Shown one piece after another: positions 1 to 11,638 of a stretch of 25,883 nt of DNA. The translations under genes were made by a program, and so were the position numbers. Each line of letters starts with the position of its first letter. Within the stretch, counting starts at the first letter, position 1. This DNA comes from Myxococcales bacterium (lineage in GTDB: Bacteria > Myxococcota > Myxococcia > Myxococcales > Anaeromyxobacteraceae), in the NCBI GenBank assembly GCA_038320275.1, contig JBBQEB010000041.1, positions 1-25,883 on the forward strand. The letters run 5' to 3'. The notes beneath the pieces are model-generated. The model ran no database searches. It worked only from the letters and a program-made list of their open reading frames with translations, and was not told where the DNA came from.

Positions 1-60
1 GAGGAGCCGGACGAGCACCGCCCTCCACTTAGCCCGCGCGCGTCCACGCTGGCTAGCTAG
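1..60 (+). CDS. Possible 3' end of a convergent gene (partial, product unknown)
   Basis: Frame 1 is open from the window edge (EEPDEHRPPLSPRASTLAS*). Its TAG at 58-60 overlaps the czcA-like stop within CTAG 57-60. Too short to verify. Confidence 0.2.
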   Translation, partial: EEPDEHRPPLSPRASTLAS

Positions 61-3000
61 GAAGCCGCCCTGGCAGCCCGCCGCGCCGCGCGGCCCTCGA
101 CCATCGCGTACAGCACCGGCAGCACGAACAGCGTGAGGAGGGTGGCCGAGACGAGCCCGCCGATGACGACGATGGCGAGCGGGCGCTGCGTCTCGGCGCC
201 GATGTCGCGCGACAGGGCTGCCGGGAAGAGCCCGAACGCCGCCAGCAGCGCCGTCATCATCACCGCCCGCAGCCGTGAGAGCGCCCCAGCCGGCACCGCC
301 TCCTCTACCGGGATCCCCGCGTCGCGTCGCGCGTCGAGGTCGGAGAGCAGCAGGACGCCGTTCAGGACCGCCTGGCCGATGAGCGCGATGAAGCCCACCG
401 CGGCCGAGACCGAGAGGTTGGTGCCGGTGAGCTTCAGCGCCACCACCCCGCCCACCAGCGCGAAGGGAATGTTGGCGAGGATGAGGAGCGCCGAGCGGAG
501 CTTGCCGAACGCCTTCAGGAGCAGGAGGAAGATGAGGAAGATGGAGAGCGGGATGGCGACCGCGAGCCGCCGCATGGCGCGCTCCTGGTTCTCGAACTCG
601 CCGCCCCAGGTGACGAAGTAGCCTGGCGGAAGGGGGACGGCTCTCGCCACCGCGGCCTGGGCCTCGGCCACGAAGCCGCCCAGATCACGCCCGCGCACGT
701 TGGTCTTGATGCCGACGAAGCGCGCGTTCGCCTCGCGCGACACCGCCGCGCGCCCCTGCCCGACGCGGACCGTGGCGAGCTCGGAGAGCGGGATGGGCGC
801 GCCCTCGGGCGTGCGGACCGCCACGTCGCGGACCGCCGCGAGCCCGCCGCGAAAGGCGGGCGGGAGGCGCACCGCGACCCCGAAGCGGCGCTCGCCCTCC
901 CACAGGTCGGTCGCCACCTTGCCGCCCAGCGCCGTCTCGATGGCCTCGTCCACGTCGGCGACGGCGATCCCGTACCGCGCGATCTTCTTGCGGTCGATCT
1001 GGATGAGCACCTGCGGCAGGCGCCCCGCCTGCACGACGGCGAGGTCGGCGGCGCCGCGCACGCCGCGCATGACCCGCTCGATCTCGCCCGAGAGCGCGTC
1101 GAGCTTGTCGAGATCCTCGCCGAAGAGCTTCACCGCGACCTGGCCCTTGAGGCCGCTGATGCCCTCCTCCACGTTGTCCTTGATGGGCTGGGAGAAGTTG
1201 TAGGCGATGCCGGGGATGGCGCGGAGCCGCTCCTCCATGCGCGCCACCAGCCCCTCGCGCGAGAGCCCGCCCCTCCACTCGCGCTCGGGGACGAGGTCCA
1301 CCAGGAGCTGCAGGCTGTTCACCGGCGCCGGGTCGGTGCCGTCCTCCGGCCGCCCGAGCTGCGACACGACGGTCCGCACCTCCGGGAACTCGAGCAGCGC
1401 TGCCCGCACGCGGGGCGCCACCTCCAGGGCCGACTCGAGCGAGATGGAGGCCGGGAGCGTCGCCGACACCCAGAGCGAACCCTCGTTCAGCTCGGGGAGG
1501 AACTCGGAGCCAAGCGTTCCCAGGAATCCGACCCCCAGCGCCACCGCTAGGGCCGCGGCCGCCAGCACCGCCTTGCGGCGCCCGAGCGCGAAGGCGAGCG
1601 CCGGACGGTAGGCGCGCTCCGCGAAGCGCACCACGGGGGACACCCGCTCGCGCTCCTTGCCGAGCGCCAGGGTGCAGAGCACCGGGACGAGCGTGAGGGA
1701 GGCGAGCAGGGCGCCGGCGAGCGCGCTCGCGACGGTGTTCGCCATGGGCGCGAAGATGCGCCCCTCCACCCGCTGGAGCGTGAAGATGGGGAGGTAGGCG
1801 ACGATGATGATGCCGAGCGAGAAGAGGGTGGGGCGGGCCACCTCCTGCACCGCGTCGCGCACCACCTCGCGGATGCCGTCCTCTGGGCGGGCCTCGCGCC
1901 GTCGGAAGACGTTCTCCACCACCACCACCGCGCCGTCCACGATGATGCCGAAGTCCACCGCGCCCAGGCTGAGCAGGTTGGCGGAGAGCCCGCGCAATTT
2001 CAGATACAGGAAGCTCGCGAGGAGCGAGATGGGGATGACGCTCGCCACCACCAGCGCGCCCCGCCAGGAGACGAGCGAGATGAGCACCACCAGGGTGACG
2101 AGGAGGGCGCCCTCGAGGAGGTTGCCCAGCACGGTGTGGAGCGTCCGCTGCACGAGCGTGCTGCGGTCGTAGAAGGGCACGATGCGCACGCCCCTCGGCA
2201 GCACCTCGGCGTTGAGCTGCGCCACCTTCGCGTGGATGGCATCGAGGACGCGGGCCGGGTTCTCGCCCTTGCGCAGGAGCACGATCCCTTCCACCACCTC
2301 GTCCTCGCGGTCCTTGCCCACCGACCCGCGCCGGGGGACGGAGCCCACGCTCACGCGCGCGAGGTCGCCCACCGTGAGCGGCGTCCCCCCCTTCGCCGTC
2401 ACCACCACGTCGCGAACGTCCTCGGCGGAGCCGAGATAGCCGAGCCCCCGGATGACGAGCTCCTCCGGACCGCGCCGGAGGTAGTTGCCCCCGGCGTTGG
2501 CGTTGGAGCGCCGGAGCGCCTCGAAGACCTGCGACAGCCCCACGCCGTGCGCCTTGAGGCGCGCCGGATCGACCTCCACCTGGAACTGCCGCTGGTAGCC
2601 GCCGAAGGAGACCACGTCGGCCACTCCGGGCACCTGGCGGAAGTGTCGCTCCAGGACCCAGTCCTGAAGCTCCCGCAGCTTCATGGGCGAGGCGGCCGCC
2701 CGCGCGTCGCTCTCGAGGACGTAGCGGTAGATCTCGCCGATGGGGGTGTAGAGCGGGCCCAGCGTGGGGGTGACGCCATCCGGGACCTCGACGCCCCGCA
2801 GCCGCTCCGCCACCTGCGCGCGCGCGAAGTAGTTGTCGGCGCCATCCTCGAAGGTGAGCGTCACCACCGAGAGCCCGTAGATGGACACCGAGCGCATCGA
2901 GGAGAGCTGCGGCGTGCCGTTGAGCTCCTTCTCGATGGGCAGCGTCACCTGCCGCTCCACCTCCTCCGGCGCGTGGCCGGAGAAGATGGTGATGACCTGC

Positions 3001-3140
3001 ACCTGGGTGTCGGTGACGTCGGGGAAGGCCTCCACCGGCAGCTCGCGGAAGGCCCAGATCCCCGCCGCGACGAAGGTGGCGGTGAGGAGGAGGACCGCGG
3101 CGCGGTTCGCCAGGGCGGCGTCGACGAGCCTGCGCAGCAC
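57..3140 (-). CDS. czcA: CzcA/CusA-family heavy-metal efflux RND inner-membrane permease
   Basis: 1027 aa. N-terminal 'LPVEAFPDVTDTQVQVIT', TM4 'SLGAVDFGIIVDGAVVVVEN' (CzcA-type D..D..E), 'GSEFLPELNEG', C-terminal 'QRPLAIVVIGGL'. GTG start lies 1 nt after the adaptor stop. Confidence 0.93.
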   Translation of the reverse strand: MLRRLVDAALANRAAVLLLTATFVAAGIWAFRELPVEAFPDVTDTQVQVITIFSGHAPEEVERQVTLPIEKELNGTPQLSSMRSVSIYGLSVVTLTFEDGADNYFARAQVAERLRGVEVPDGVTPTLGPLYTPIGEIYRYVLESDARAAASPMKLRELQDWVLERHFRQVPGVADVVSFGGYQRQFQVEVDPARLKAHGVGLSQVFEALRRSNANAGGNYLRRGPEELVIRGLGYLGSAEDVRDVVVTAKGGTPLTVGDLARVSVGSVPRRGSVGKDREDEVVEGIVLLRKGENPARVLDAIHAKVAQLNAEVLPRGVRIVPFYDRSTLVQRTLHTVLGNLLEGALLVTLVVLISLVSWRGALVVASVIPISLLASFLYLKLRGLSANLLSLGAVDFGIIVDGAVVVVENVFRRREARPEDGIREVVRDAVQEVARPTLFSLGIIIVAYLPIFTLQRVEGRIFAPMANTVASALAGALLASLTLVPVLCTLALGKERERVSPVVRFAERAYRPALAFALGRRKAVLAAAALAVALGVGFLGTLGSEFLPELNEGSLWVSATLPASISLESALEVAPRVRAALLEFPEVRTVVSQLGRPEDGTDPAPVNSLQLLVDLVPEREWRGGLSREGLVARMEERLRAIPGIAYNFSQPIKDNVEEGISGLKGQVAVKLFGEDLDKLDALSGEIERVMRGVRGAADLAVVQAGRLPQVLIQIDRKKIARYGIAVADVDEAIETALGGKVATDLWEGERRFGVAVRLPPAFRGGLAAVRDVAVRTPEGAPIPLSELATVRVGQGRAAVSREANARFVGIKTNVRGRDLGGFVAEAQAAVARAVPLPPGYFVTWGGEFENQERAMRRLAVAIPLSIFLIFLLLLKAFGKLRSALLILANIPFALVGGVVALKLTGTNLSVSAAVGFIALIGQAVLNGVLLLSDLDARRDAGIPVEEAVPAGALSRLRAVMMTALLAAFGLFPAALSRDIGAETQRPLAIVVIGGLVSATLLTLFVLPVLYAMVEGRAARRAARAAS

Positions 3141-3141
3141 C

Positions 3142-4275
3142 TCAGCGCCCCTCGATCTCGGCCTTCACGAAGAGGGCGCCGGCCACCACCACCTGCTCGC
3201 CCTCGCGCAGGCCTGCCACCACGCGGGTGCGTCCCTCGGCTTCCGGGCCCACCTCCACCACGCGCTTCGTGAAGCGACCGTCGCCGAGCGCCACCACCAC
3301 CGCGCTCGCCTCGCCGTCGGAGAGCACCGCCTCGGACGGCACCGTGAGGGCCGACCCCTTGGCCTGCCCGCCCGCCAGCGCCACGCGCGCGAACATCTCC
3401 GGCTTGAGCCGCAGGCCGGGGTTCGCCACCTCGACCCTGATCTTCACGGTGCGGGTGGCCGGGTCCACCAGCTCGCCGACGTGGGTCACCTGGCCTGGGA
3501 AGACCTGGCCCGGCCAGGCCGGCACCCGCACCTCCGCGCGCTGGCCCCGCGCCACCAGCGCGAGGTCTCGCTCGTACACGTCCACAAGGACCCACAGCCG
3601 CGACAGGTCCGCCACGGTGACGAGCGGCGTACCGGTGTCGGCGCGGACCTCCATCCCGATGCCGGCGGGCCGCTCCACCACCGTGCCAGCGATGGGGGCG
3701 CGGAGGAGGTAGCGCGATCCCGCGCCCGCGCGGTCGCCGGTGGCGAGCCCCAGCACCGAGACGCGCGTCCCGGCGCGGCGCAGGGCGGCGCGGGCCTTCA
3801 GCGCGTCCGACTCCGCCGCGAGCAGGTCCTTGCGCGGGATGGCCTGGTCAGCAGCCAGCCTCCGCGCGCGCTCCAGGTTCTTCCCGGCCGCCCGCAGGTC
3901 CACCTCGGCCGACACCAGCTCGGCGGAGGCGGCCTGCACGTCGGGCGAGGCGATGGCGAGGAGCGCCTGACCCCTCGCGACGGTGTCGCCCGGCTTCGCC
4001 AGAAGCTCGAGCACCCTGCCAGACACCGGCGAGGCCACCCGCGAGACGCGCTCCTCATCGAAGGTCACCCGGCCGGTGGCGCTGGCGCCGGCCGCCTCGA
4101 GAGTCACCACGACGGGCGCGGTCTTCAGGAAGGTGGGGAGCGCCGCCAGCTTCACCTCGCCGGGCGCGGCGGCCTCGGTCGCCGCGGGCGCCGGCTCCGC
4201 CGGTGGAGGTGCGTCCGCGCGGCAGGCAAGGGCGAGGGCGACGAGCGCTGCTGCGGCGGTGGCGCGCGGGATCAT
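3142..4275 (-). CDS. RND periplasmic adaptor (membrane fusion protein, CzcB-like), lipoprotein
   Basis: Lipobox LALAC; 'RVASPVSGRV', 'LRAPIAGTVVER', 'VADLSRLWV', 'VDPATRTVKIR', 'LKPEMF'. ATGA overlap with the TolC-family gene. Confidence 0.92.
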   Translation of the reverse strand: MIPRATAAAALVALALACRADAPPPAEPAPAATEAAAPGEVKLAALPTFLKTAPVVVTLEAAGASATGRVTFDEERVSRVASPVSGRVLELLAKPGDTVARGQALLAIASPDVQAASAELVSAEVDLRAAGKNLERARRLAADQAIPRKDLLAAESDALKARAALRRAGTRVSVLGLATGDRAGAGSRYLLRAPIAGTVVERPAGIGMEVRADTGTPLVTVADLSRLWVLVDVYERDLALVARGQRAEVRVPAWPGQVFPGQVTHVGELVDPATRTVKIRVEVANPGLRLKPEMFARVALAGGQAKGSALTVPSEAVLSDGEASAVVVALGDGRFTKRVVEVGPEAEGRTRVVAGLREGEQVVVAGALFVKAEIEGR

Positions 4276-5567
4276 CCGTGCTCCGGTGCGTGAGGGAGGG
4301 AAAGGGCGGGGCCTGCGGAGCGCTCCACCTCGAGCCGGGCCGAGCGGAGCTCCACCAGCGTGTCGAGGCTCTCCTCGCGGAGCTGGATGAAGGTGCGCTG
4401 CGCCTCCAGCAGCGCGAGCAGGCTGGTGGCGCCCTGGCGGTAGGCCTTCTCCGCCGTCTCCAGCGCGCGCTGGGAGCGCTGCAGGACGCCGCCCACGTGG
4501 CGGTGGTGCTTCTCCTCGGCGGCGGCGAGGCGGGCCAGGGCCTCGCGCACCTCCCGGCCGGCGCGGGCGCTCGCCGCTTCCAGCGCGCGGCCCGCGGCGG
4601 CGAGCTCCACCCGCGCCTTCTCCACCTCGCCCTGGTTGCGATTGCGGAAGGGCAGGGGCAGTCCCACGGTGAAGGAGAGGGTGTCCGGGTTGTCGCCCGC
4701 CACCACCGCCTGCGAATGCGCGTAGCCGATGCCGAGGGTGAGGTCGGGCACGGCCTGCGCCTCGGCCAGCGCGAGCTCGCGGTGGGCGGTCTCCACCCGC
4801 TCGCGGGCGACCCGCACGTCAGGGCGCGCCTCCCGGGCGCGGTGGAGCAGCGCCGCCGGATCGGGGGCTGGCGCGGGCGGAGGCTCGAGCTCGCCCTGCA
4901 GCGACACCTTGGCCGGCGCGGCGGGCCCCACCAGCCGGAGCAGCTCCTCCAAAGCGACCGCCTCCGCGCCGCGGGCGTCGGCGACGTCGTTCTCCTGGCG
5001 CGCCCCCTCCAGCACGATCTTGTCGAGGTCCGCGCCGGAGATGTCGTCCGCTGCGAAACGGGCCTGGCTGATGCGGGCGGTCTCGGCGTACCTGCCGTGA
5101 ATCACCTCCGCCAGCTCGCGTTTCGCGCGCGCCCCGAGCGCTGCCCAGAAGGCCCGCTCCACCTCGAAGCGGGCGAGGCGCAGGGCGTCGTCCACTCCAG
5201 CCGACGCACCGGCGACCCTGCTCCGCGCGGACGCGACGCGCTTGCGGCGCTTGCCGCCGAGCTCGAGCGTCTGGGAGAGGCCCACCGAGGTGACGAGATT
5301 GCGGCCCAGGCCAGGCCCGTTCCCTCCCGCGCCGAGGTTCGGCACGAGCGGCACGTTTCCGACCGTGAGGCTGAGCTCCGGGTTTGGCCCCAGGCCCGCC
5401 TGCGTCACGTCGGCCCTCGCCGACGCCGCGCGCGCGCGCGCCTCGTCGAGCTCGGGGCTGCCCTGCTGGAACGCCGCCAGCGCGTCATCGAGCGTCCAGG
5501 CGGGTGCCGGACCGGCCGCCGTGGGGGCTGCCACGATCACGGCTGCGAGGAGGGCGAGGCACGGCAC
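4272..5567 (-). CDS. TolC/CzcC-family outer-membrane efflux protein
   Basis: Signal peptide, 'PNPELSL', 'LSQTLELGGKRRKR', 'ARPDV', 'LPLPFRNRNQG', 'AYRQGATSLLALLEAQR'. Start moved from 5585 to the in-frame GTG at 5567 because 5585 lies inside the sigma-54 element. Confidence 0.88.
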   Translation of the reverse strand: MPCLALLAAVIVAAPTAAGPAPAWTLDDALAAFQQGSPELDEARARAASARADVTQAGLGPNPELSLTVGNVPLVPNLGAGGNGPGLGRNLVTSVGLSQTLELGGKRRKRVASARSRVAGASAGVDDALRLARFEVERAFWAALGARAKRELAEVIHGRYAETARISQARFAADDISGADLDKIVLEGARQENDVADARGAEAVALEELLRLVGPAAPAKVSLQGELEPPPAPAPDPAALLHRAREARPDVRVARERVETAHRELALAEAQAVPDLTLGIGYAHSQAVVAGDNPDTLSFTVGLPLPFRNRNQGEVEKARVELAAAGRALEAASARAGREVREALARLAAAEEKHHRHVGGVLQRSQRALETAEKAYRQGATSLLALLEAQRTFIQLREESLDTLVELRSARLEVERSAGPALSLPHAPEHG

Positions 5568-5580
5568 GGCGCCGTTCGAC

Positions 5581-5597
5581 AGCACGCGGCGTGCCGA
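5581..5597 (-). promoter_or_regulatory. Sigma-54 (-24/-12) promoter for the efflux operon
   Basis: Minus strand reads TCGGCACGCCGCGTGCT, with exact GG-N10-GC spacing and a close match to TGGCACG-N4-TTGCW. It lies just downstream of a sigma-54 activator gene. Confidence 0.7.
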
Positions 5598-5673
5598 GCC
5601 GATTTACGGAGGAAGCGGCGCCGAAGGGAATCGGCCCCTGGCGGAGACCTTGTACCCGCTCGAAAGAAGCTTG

Positions 5674-7079
<1,406 letters not shown>

Positions 7080-7083
<4 letters not shown>

Positions 7084-8711
7084 CGCGGCGACTCCGCCGG
7101 CGCCGGGGCGCGGGCCGCCACGGCGAGCGGGAGCTCGAGCCTGAACACCGTCCCGCCCCCCTCGCGGTCGCGCGCGCCGATCCCCCCTCCGTGCGCCTCC
7201 ACCACCCGCCGCGCGATGGCGAGCCCGAGGCCGGTCCCGGTCCGCTTGGTGGACACGAACGGCTCGAAAAGGCGCTCGCGCACCTCCGGCGCGAGGCCGG
7301 GGCCACGGTCGGCGATCTCCACCACGGCGCTCCTGCGGGCCTGTCGCAGGGACAGGAGAAGCCGCCGCTCCCCCTGCGGCGGGGGCGCGCCCAGCGGCTC
7401 GCCGAAGCCGCCCGGGCCCATGGCCTCGAGGCCGTTCCGCACCAGGTTCGCCATCGCGCCGAGCAGCTTGTGCCCATCGGCCCTCACGAGCACGGGCGTT
7501 CCGGCGCTGGGGAGCTCCAGCTCCACCTCGGACTCGCAGTCGAGGGCGAGGTCCGCGCAGGTCGCCCCCGCGCGCCGGCAGAGCTCCACCAGGTCCACCT
7601 CGGCGAGGTCGAGGCGCGGGGGGGACGCGAAGAGGGTGAGGTCGTCCGCGACGCCGCGCAGCCGCGCCAGCTCGGCCCGCGCCTGGGCGTGGACGGCGCC
7701 GGCGGCGGCGGGGGGCGCCTTGCCGGATGCGAGCAGGTCGAGCGCGATGGAGAGGCCGTTGAGGGAGTTCTTCACCTCGTGCGCGATGGCGGCCGCGGTC
7801 TTGCCCATGTCGGCGAGGTCGCGCGAGCGGCCCAGCTCCGCCTCGGCCTTCTCCAGCCGGGCCAGCGCCCGCGCCAGGAGCGCGCCGCCCAGGGCCGCGA
7901 AGAGGAGCGCGCCGCCCACGATCGCAGCGAGAGTCCGCAGCGGGGGGTCCACCTCCGCCTCCAGCGCCGCCGCCGGCTGGGCGAGCCGCAGGAGGAGCGG
8001 CGCCTCGCCGACCCTCGACTCGGTCACGAGCCAGCGCTGGCCCTTGCTGTCCTCGCGCCAGGCCTGGCCGCCCTCGGCCGCGAGCTCGGGTGTGAGGGCG
8101 GCACCTGCGGTCGCGATGGGGAACGTCGCTCCCGCCCCGGTGCGGAGGAGCGCCAGCCCGCCCCGGGGTCCGAGCGCCCGGTGCAGCCCCTCGCCGAACA
8201 GGTCCCGGCTCCGCGCCGAGACCTGGCCGGCGATGGCGCCGCGGCCCGCGATGGGGGCGGCGACGTCGATCTCGCCGGGCGACAGCGAGAGCACCGCGCG
8301 CCCGCGACCCCGGGCCTCGCCCACCAGCGCCGCTCCGTCCGTTCCCAGCATCGCTCCCCGCGGCTCCGACCAGAGGACGTCGCCGCGCGCGTCGAGGACG
8401 AGGATGGCCACCGAGAAGAGCACCGTGTCGCGGCGGGCGATGCGGAGCACCCCCTTCTCCGGCTCCAGGTTGTCGTCGGCGAGGTCTACCTCCGCCAGCT
8501 GCGAGAGCCGCTGCACCTCCCCCACCAGCCGGGTGAGCTCGAGGTCGATGAGCCGCGCCTGCAAGGAGACCAGCAGCGCCTGCCGATCGGCGACGGCGGC
8601 GAGCGCGGCGGTGCGGTGGCGCGAGAGCAGCAGCGCGCCGGTTCCGCCCACCGCGACCGCTGCGAACAGGGTGACGGCGAGCACGAGGTAGCCCGGACGG
8701 AGGCGTGGCAC
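7080..8711 (-). CDS. Membrane sensor histidine kinase
   Basis: Two TM helices flank a periplasmic domain. H-box 'IAHEVKNSLN', N-box 'NLVRNGLEA', 'DRGPG', 'FEPFVSTK', 'GTGLGL'. Probable GTG start at 8711, just before TM1. Confidence 0.9.
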
Positions 8712-8820
8712 CGGTCGATCTTGACGGCGGCAGAGTCCGCTCGCCACGCCGACCTCGCCGCAGATCCAAATACCGTTGCGCGGGCATGGCGCAGTGCGCA
8801 AGATGCTTCTGTTGCACGAC

Positions 8821-8834
8821 TGATTCTGGAATCA
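8821..8834. promoter_or_regulatory. Palindromic candidate operator upstream of etfB
   Basis: Perfect TGATTC-TG-GAATCA, 2 nt before the GGAGG ribosome-binding site, AT-rich against a GC-rich background. Confidence 0.4.
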
Positions 8835-8845
8835 ACGGAGGCGGA

Positions 8846-9649
8846 ATGGCCCTCAAGATCCTCGTGACCGCGAAGCGCGTCGAAGACCCCGAATCCAAGA
8901 TCCGCGTGAAGCCGGATGGATCGGGGATCGTCACCGACGGCGTCAACTACAAGGTGAACCCCTTCGATGAGATCGCGGTCGAGGAGGGGCTTCGACTCAA
9001 GGAGAAGCACGGCGGGGAGGTCATCGTCGTCAGCATCGGCGGCGAGAAGAGCATGACCGAGATCCGCGCCGCGCTCGCCATGGGCGCCGACCGGGGCATC
9101 CTCGTCCGGCACGAGGGCCACATGGACCCGGTGGTGGTGTCCGACATGCTGGCGAAGCTCGCGGAGCGCGAGAAGCCCGACCTCATCATCCTGGGCAAGC
9201 AGTCCATCGACGACGACCAGAACCAGACCGGCCAGTACCTCGCCGAGAAGATGGGCGTGGGCCAGGCCACCTTCGCCTCCAAGATGGAGAGCCTGGAGAG
9301 CGAGGCGGAGACGAAGAAGCAGCCCGGGCTCATCCTCTCGGCGGACGGCACGAAGCTCCAGGTCGTGCGCGAGGTGGACGGCGGCGTCGAGACGCTGGAG
9401 CTCACGCTTCCGGGCGTGGTCACGACCGACCTGCGCCTCAACAAGCCGCGCTTCGCCTCGCTCCCCGGCATCATGAAGGCGAAGAAGAAGCCGGTGACGG
9501 AGCTCGAGTCGGCCGAGCTCGGCATCGACCTCACGCCCAAGGTGGTGGTGAAGAAGCTCTCCGAGCCGCCCAAGCGCAAGGGTGGCGTGAAGGTGAGCGA
9601 CGTGAACGAGCTCTGGTCGAAGCTGCACGACGAGGCGAAGGTCATCTAG
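8846..9649 (+). CDS. etfB: Electron transfer flavoprotein beta subunit
   Basis: 'KILVTAKRVEDP', 'NPFDEIAVEEGLRLKE', 'ALAMGADRG', 'GKQSIDDD', 'REVDGG', 'PRFASLPGIMKAKKK'. GGAGG RBS at 8837-8841. Confidence 0.96.
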   Translation: MALKILVTAKRVEDPESKIRVKPDGSGIVTDGVNYKVNPFDEIAVEEGLRLKEKHGGEVIVVSIGGEKSMTEIRAALAMGADRGILVRHEGHMDPVVVSDMLAKLAEREKPDLIILGKQSIDDDQNQTGQYLAEKMGVGQATFASKMESLESEAETKKQPGLILSADGTKLQVVREVDGGVETLELTLPGVVTTDLRLNKPRFASLPGIMKAKKKPVTELESAELGIDLTPKVVVKKLSEPPKRKGGVKVSDVNELWSKLHDEAKVI

Positions 9650-9667
9650 GTCCCGGGAGCGCACACC

Positions 9668-10624
9668 ATGTCGAACGTCCTCATCGTCGCCGAAGGCCAG
9701 GGCGCTCAGCTCAAGAAGGCCACCTTCCACGCCATCGCGGCAGGTCGCGAGGTGGCGCGCCGCTCGGGCGGCAAGCTCTCCATCCTCCTGCTGGGGAGCG
9801 GAGTCGGGGCCGCCGCCGAGGCGCTGAAGGCCTATGGCGACGTGCTCGTCGCCGACGCGCCCGGCCTCGCCAACTACGTCGCCGAGGCCTTCGCGCCGGT
9901 GGTGGCCGAGACCGTCAAGGGTGCTGGCGCGACCTACGTGGGCGCGGCCGCCACCGCCTTCGGCAAGGACCTCCTCCCGCGCGTCGCCGCGAAGCTCGGC
10001 GCAGCGATGGCGACCGAGGTGCTCGGCTTCGGAGGCGACGGCCCGCAGATCACCTTCCACCGGCCGATGTGGGCGGGCAACGTCCTCGCCGAGGTGGAGC
10101 TCGCGACCCCGGTCAAGGTATTCACGATCCGTCCCACCGAGTTCCCGGTCGCGTCGCAGGAAGCCCCGGGCAGCGTCACCCCGGTGGCCGCCAACGTGCC
10201 GGCCTCGCTCCGCACCCGCCACGTCGATTTCAAGGAGGTGGTGAGCGCCCGCCCGGAGCTCACCGAGGCGCGGGTGGTGGTGTCCGGAGGCCGCGGCACC
10301 AAGGGCGACTTCAAGGAGGTCGAGGCGCTCGCCGACGAGATGGGCGCCGCCGTGGGCGCGAGCCGCGCCGCGGTGGACGCAGGCTGGGTACCCAACGACT
10401 GGCAGGTGGGACAGACCGGCAAGGTCGTGGCCCCGGACCTGTACCTGGCGGCCGGGATCTCCGGCGCCATCCAGCACCTCGCCGGGATGAAGGGCTCGAA
10501 GGTGATCGTCGCCGTGAACAAGGACGCCGAAGCGCCCATCTTCCAGCTCGCCGACTATGGGATCGTGGGGGACCTCTTCAAGGTCCTCCCCGAGCTTCGC
10601 GCCAAGGTGAAGGCGGCGAAGTGA
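9668..10624 (+). CDS. etfA: Electron transfer flavoprotein alpha subunit
   Basis: '[13 protein letters not shown]', '[11 protein letters not shown]', 'QVGQTGK', '[12 protein letters not shown]', '[11 protein letters not shown]'. Confidence 0.97.
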   Translation: MSNVLIVAEGQGAQLKKATFHAIAAGREVARRSGGKLSILLLGSGVGAAAEALKAYGDVLVADAPGLANYVAEAFAPVVAETVKGAGATYVGAAATAFGKDLLPRVAAKLGAAMATEVLGFGGDGPQITFHRPMWAGNVLAEVELATPVKVFTIRPTEFPVASQEAPGSVTPVAANVPASLRTRHVDFKEVVSARPELTEARVVVSGGRGTKGDFKEVEALADEMGAAVGASRAAVDAGWVPNDWQVGQTGKVVAPDLYLAAGISGAIQHLAGMKGSKVIVAVNKDAEAPIFQLADYGIVGDLFKVLPELRAKVKAAK

Positions 10625-10633
10625 AGTGACCGG

Positions 10634-11638
10634 GTGATGGCGGTCGAGCCCTGCGCGCCGGGCGTCACGCGCATCGCCGTACCGGTCCCGTTCCCGCAGG
10701 CCGGCGGGCCGGTCAACGTCTACCTCGTCGAGGAAGACGGCGGCGGCGTCATGATGTTCGACGCAGGAATCGGCTCGCGCGAGGGCATCGCCGCTCTGGA
10801 GGAGGGCTTCGCCCGTGCCCGCCGCCGTTTCGACGAGGTGACGCGCATCGTGCTCTCCCACGGGCACGTCGATCACTACGGGGCCGCCATGGCGGTGATG
10901 GAGCGGGCCGGCCGCTCGATCCCGGTCTTCGTCCACCCGGCCGACATGGGCAAGGTCGAGGAGCGGGGGCGCGCCTGGCGAGAGCTCTTCCCGCTCTACG
11001 CCGCCCATCTCGTGAAGCTCGGCGTGCCCGCGGACGCGCTCGAGGAGATCGGCCGCGAGCTGGGCGGCGGGTTTACCCTCGCCCGACGCATCCCGGAGGT
11101 GACGCCGCTCGCTCCAGGCGAGGTCCTGAGGGTGGGCCAGCTCGCGCTGGAAGTGCTCCACATGCCCGGCCACACGCCCGGGCTCGTCTGCCTGCACGAC
11201 CGCGCCCGCCGCATCCTCTTCTCGGGCGATCACCTGCTCGAGAAGATCTCGCCCAATCCCGTCATCGAGCTCGGGCCGGAGGGGGAGGAGGGCTTCTTTC
11301 GCCCGCTCCGGGCCTATCTCGCCTCGCTCTCCGCCGTCCGCGCGCTGGAGCTCGACGTGGTGCTGCCCGGGCACGGCGCACCTTTCGGAGAGCACCGGCG
11401 CGTCATCGACGGGCTGCTGCAGTTCGGGGACAGGCGCCGCGAGCGCATCCGCGAGGCGCTCGACGCAGGCCCGCTCACCGCCTTCGAGGTGACGCGCGCC
11501 CTCTTTCCCACCTCGCGGCCGGGCGACCTGTTCCTGGCCGTCTCCGAGACGATCGCCAATCTCGAGGTGATGGAGGACCGGCGCGAGGTGCTCCGCCGGT
11601 TCAGCGACCGCGTCTACCGCTTCGAGCGCGCGGCGTGA
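10634..11638 (+). CDS. MBL-fold metallo-hydrolase with probable C-terminal winged helix
   Basis: 'SHGHVDHYG' (HxHxDH), 'PGHTPG', 'SGDHLL', 'LPGHG'. The start may be the ATG at 10637. Confidence 0.88.
   Translation: MMAVEPCAPGVTRIAVPVPFPQAGGPVNVYLVEEDGGGVMMFDAGIGSREGIAALEEGFARARRRFDEVTRIVLSHGHVDHYGAAMAVMERAGRSIPVFVHPADMGKVEERGRAWRELFPLYAAHLVKLGVPADALEEIGRELGGGFTLARRIPEVTPLAPGEVLRVGQLALEVLHMPGHTPGLVCLHDRARRILFSGDHLLEKISPNPVIELGPEGEEGFFRPLRAYLASLSAVRALELDVVLPGHGAPFGEHRRVIDGLLQFGDRRRERIREALDAGPLTAFEVTRALFPTSRPGDLFLAVSETIANLEVMEDRREVLRRFSDRVYRFERAA

Noticed and set aside
8787..8801. TGGCGCAGTGCGCAA as a sigma-54 promoter for etfB
   Set aside because: The GG-to-GC spacing is 8 nt, not the required 10.
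8705..8845. Cys-rich N-terminal extension of EtfB in the ORF track
   Set aside because: It is intergenic read-through. A strong RBS and the family N-terminus place the start at 8846.
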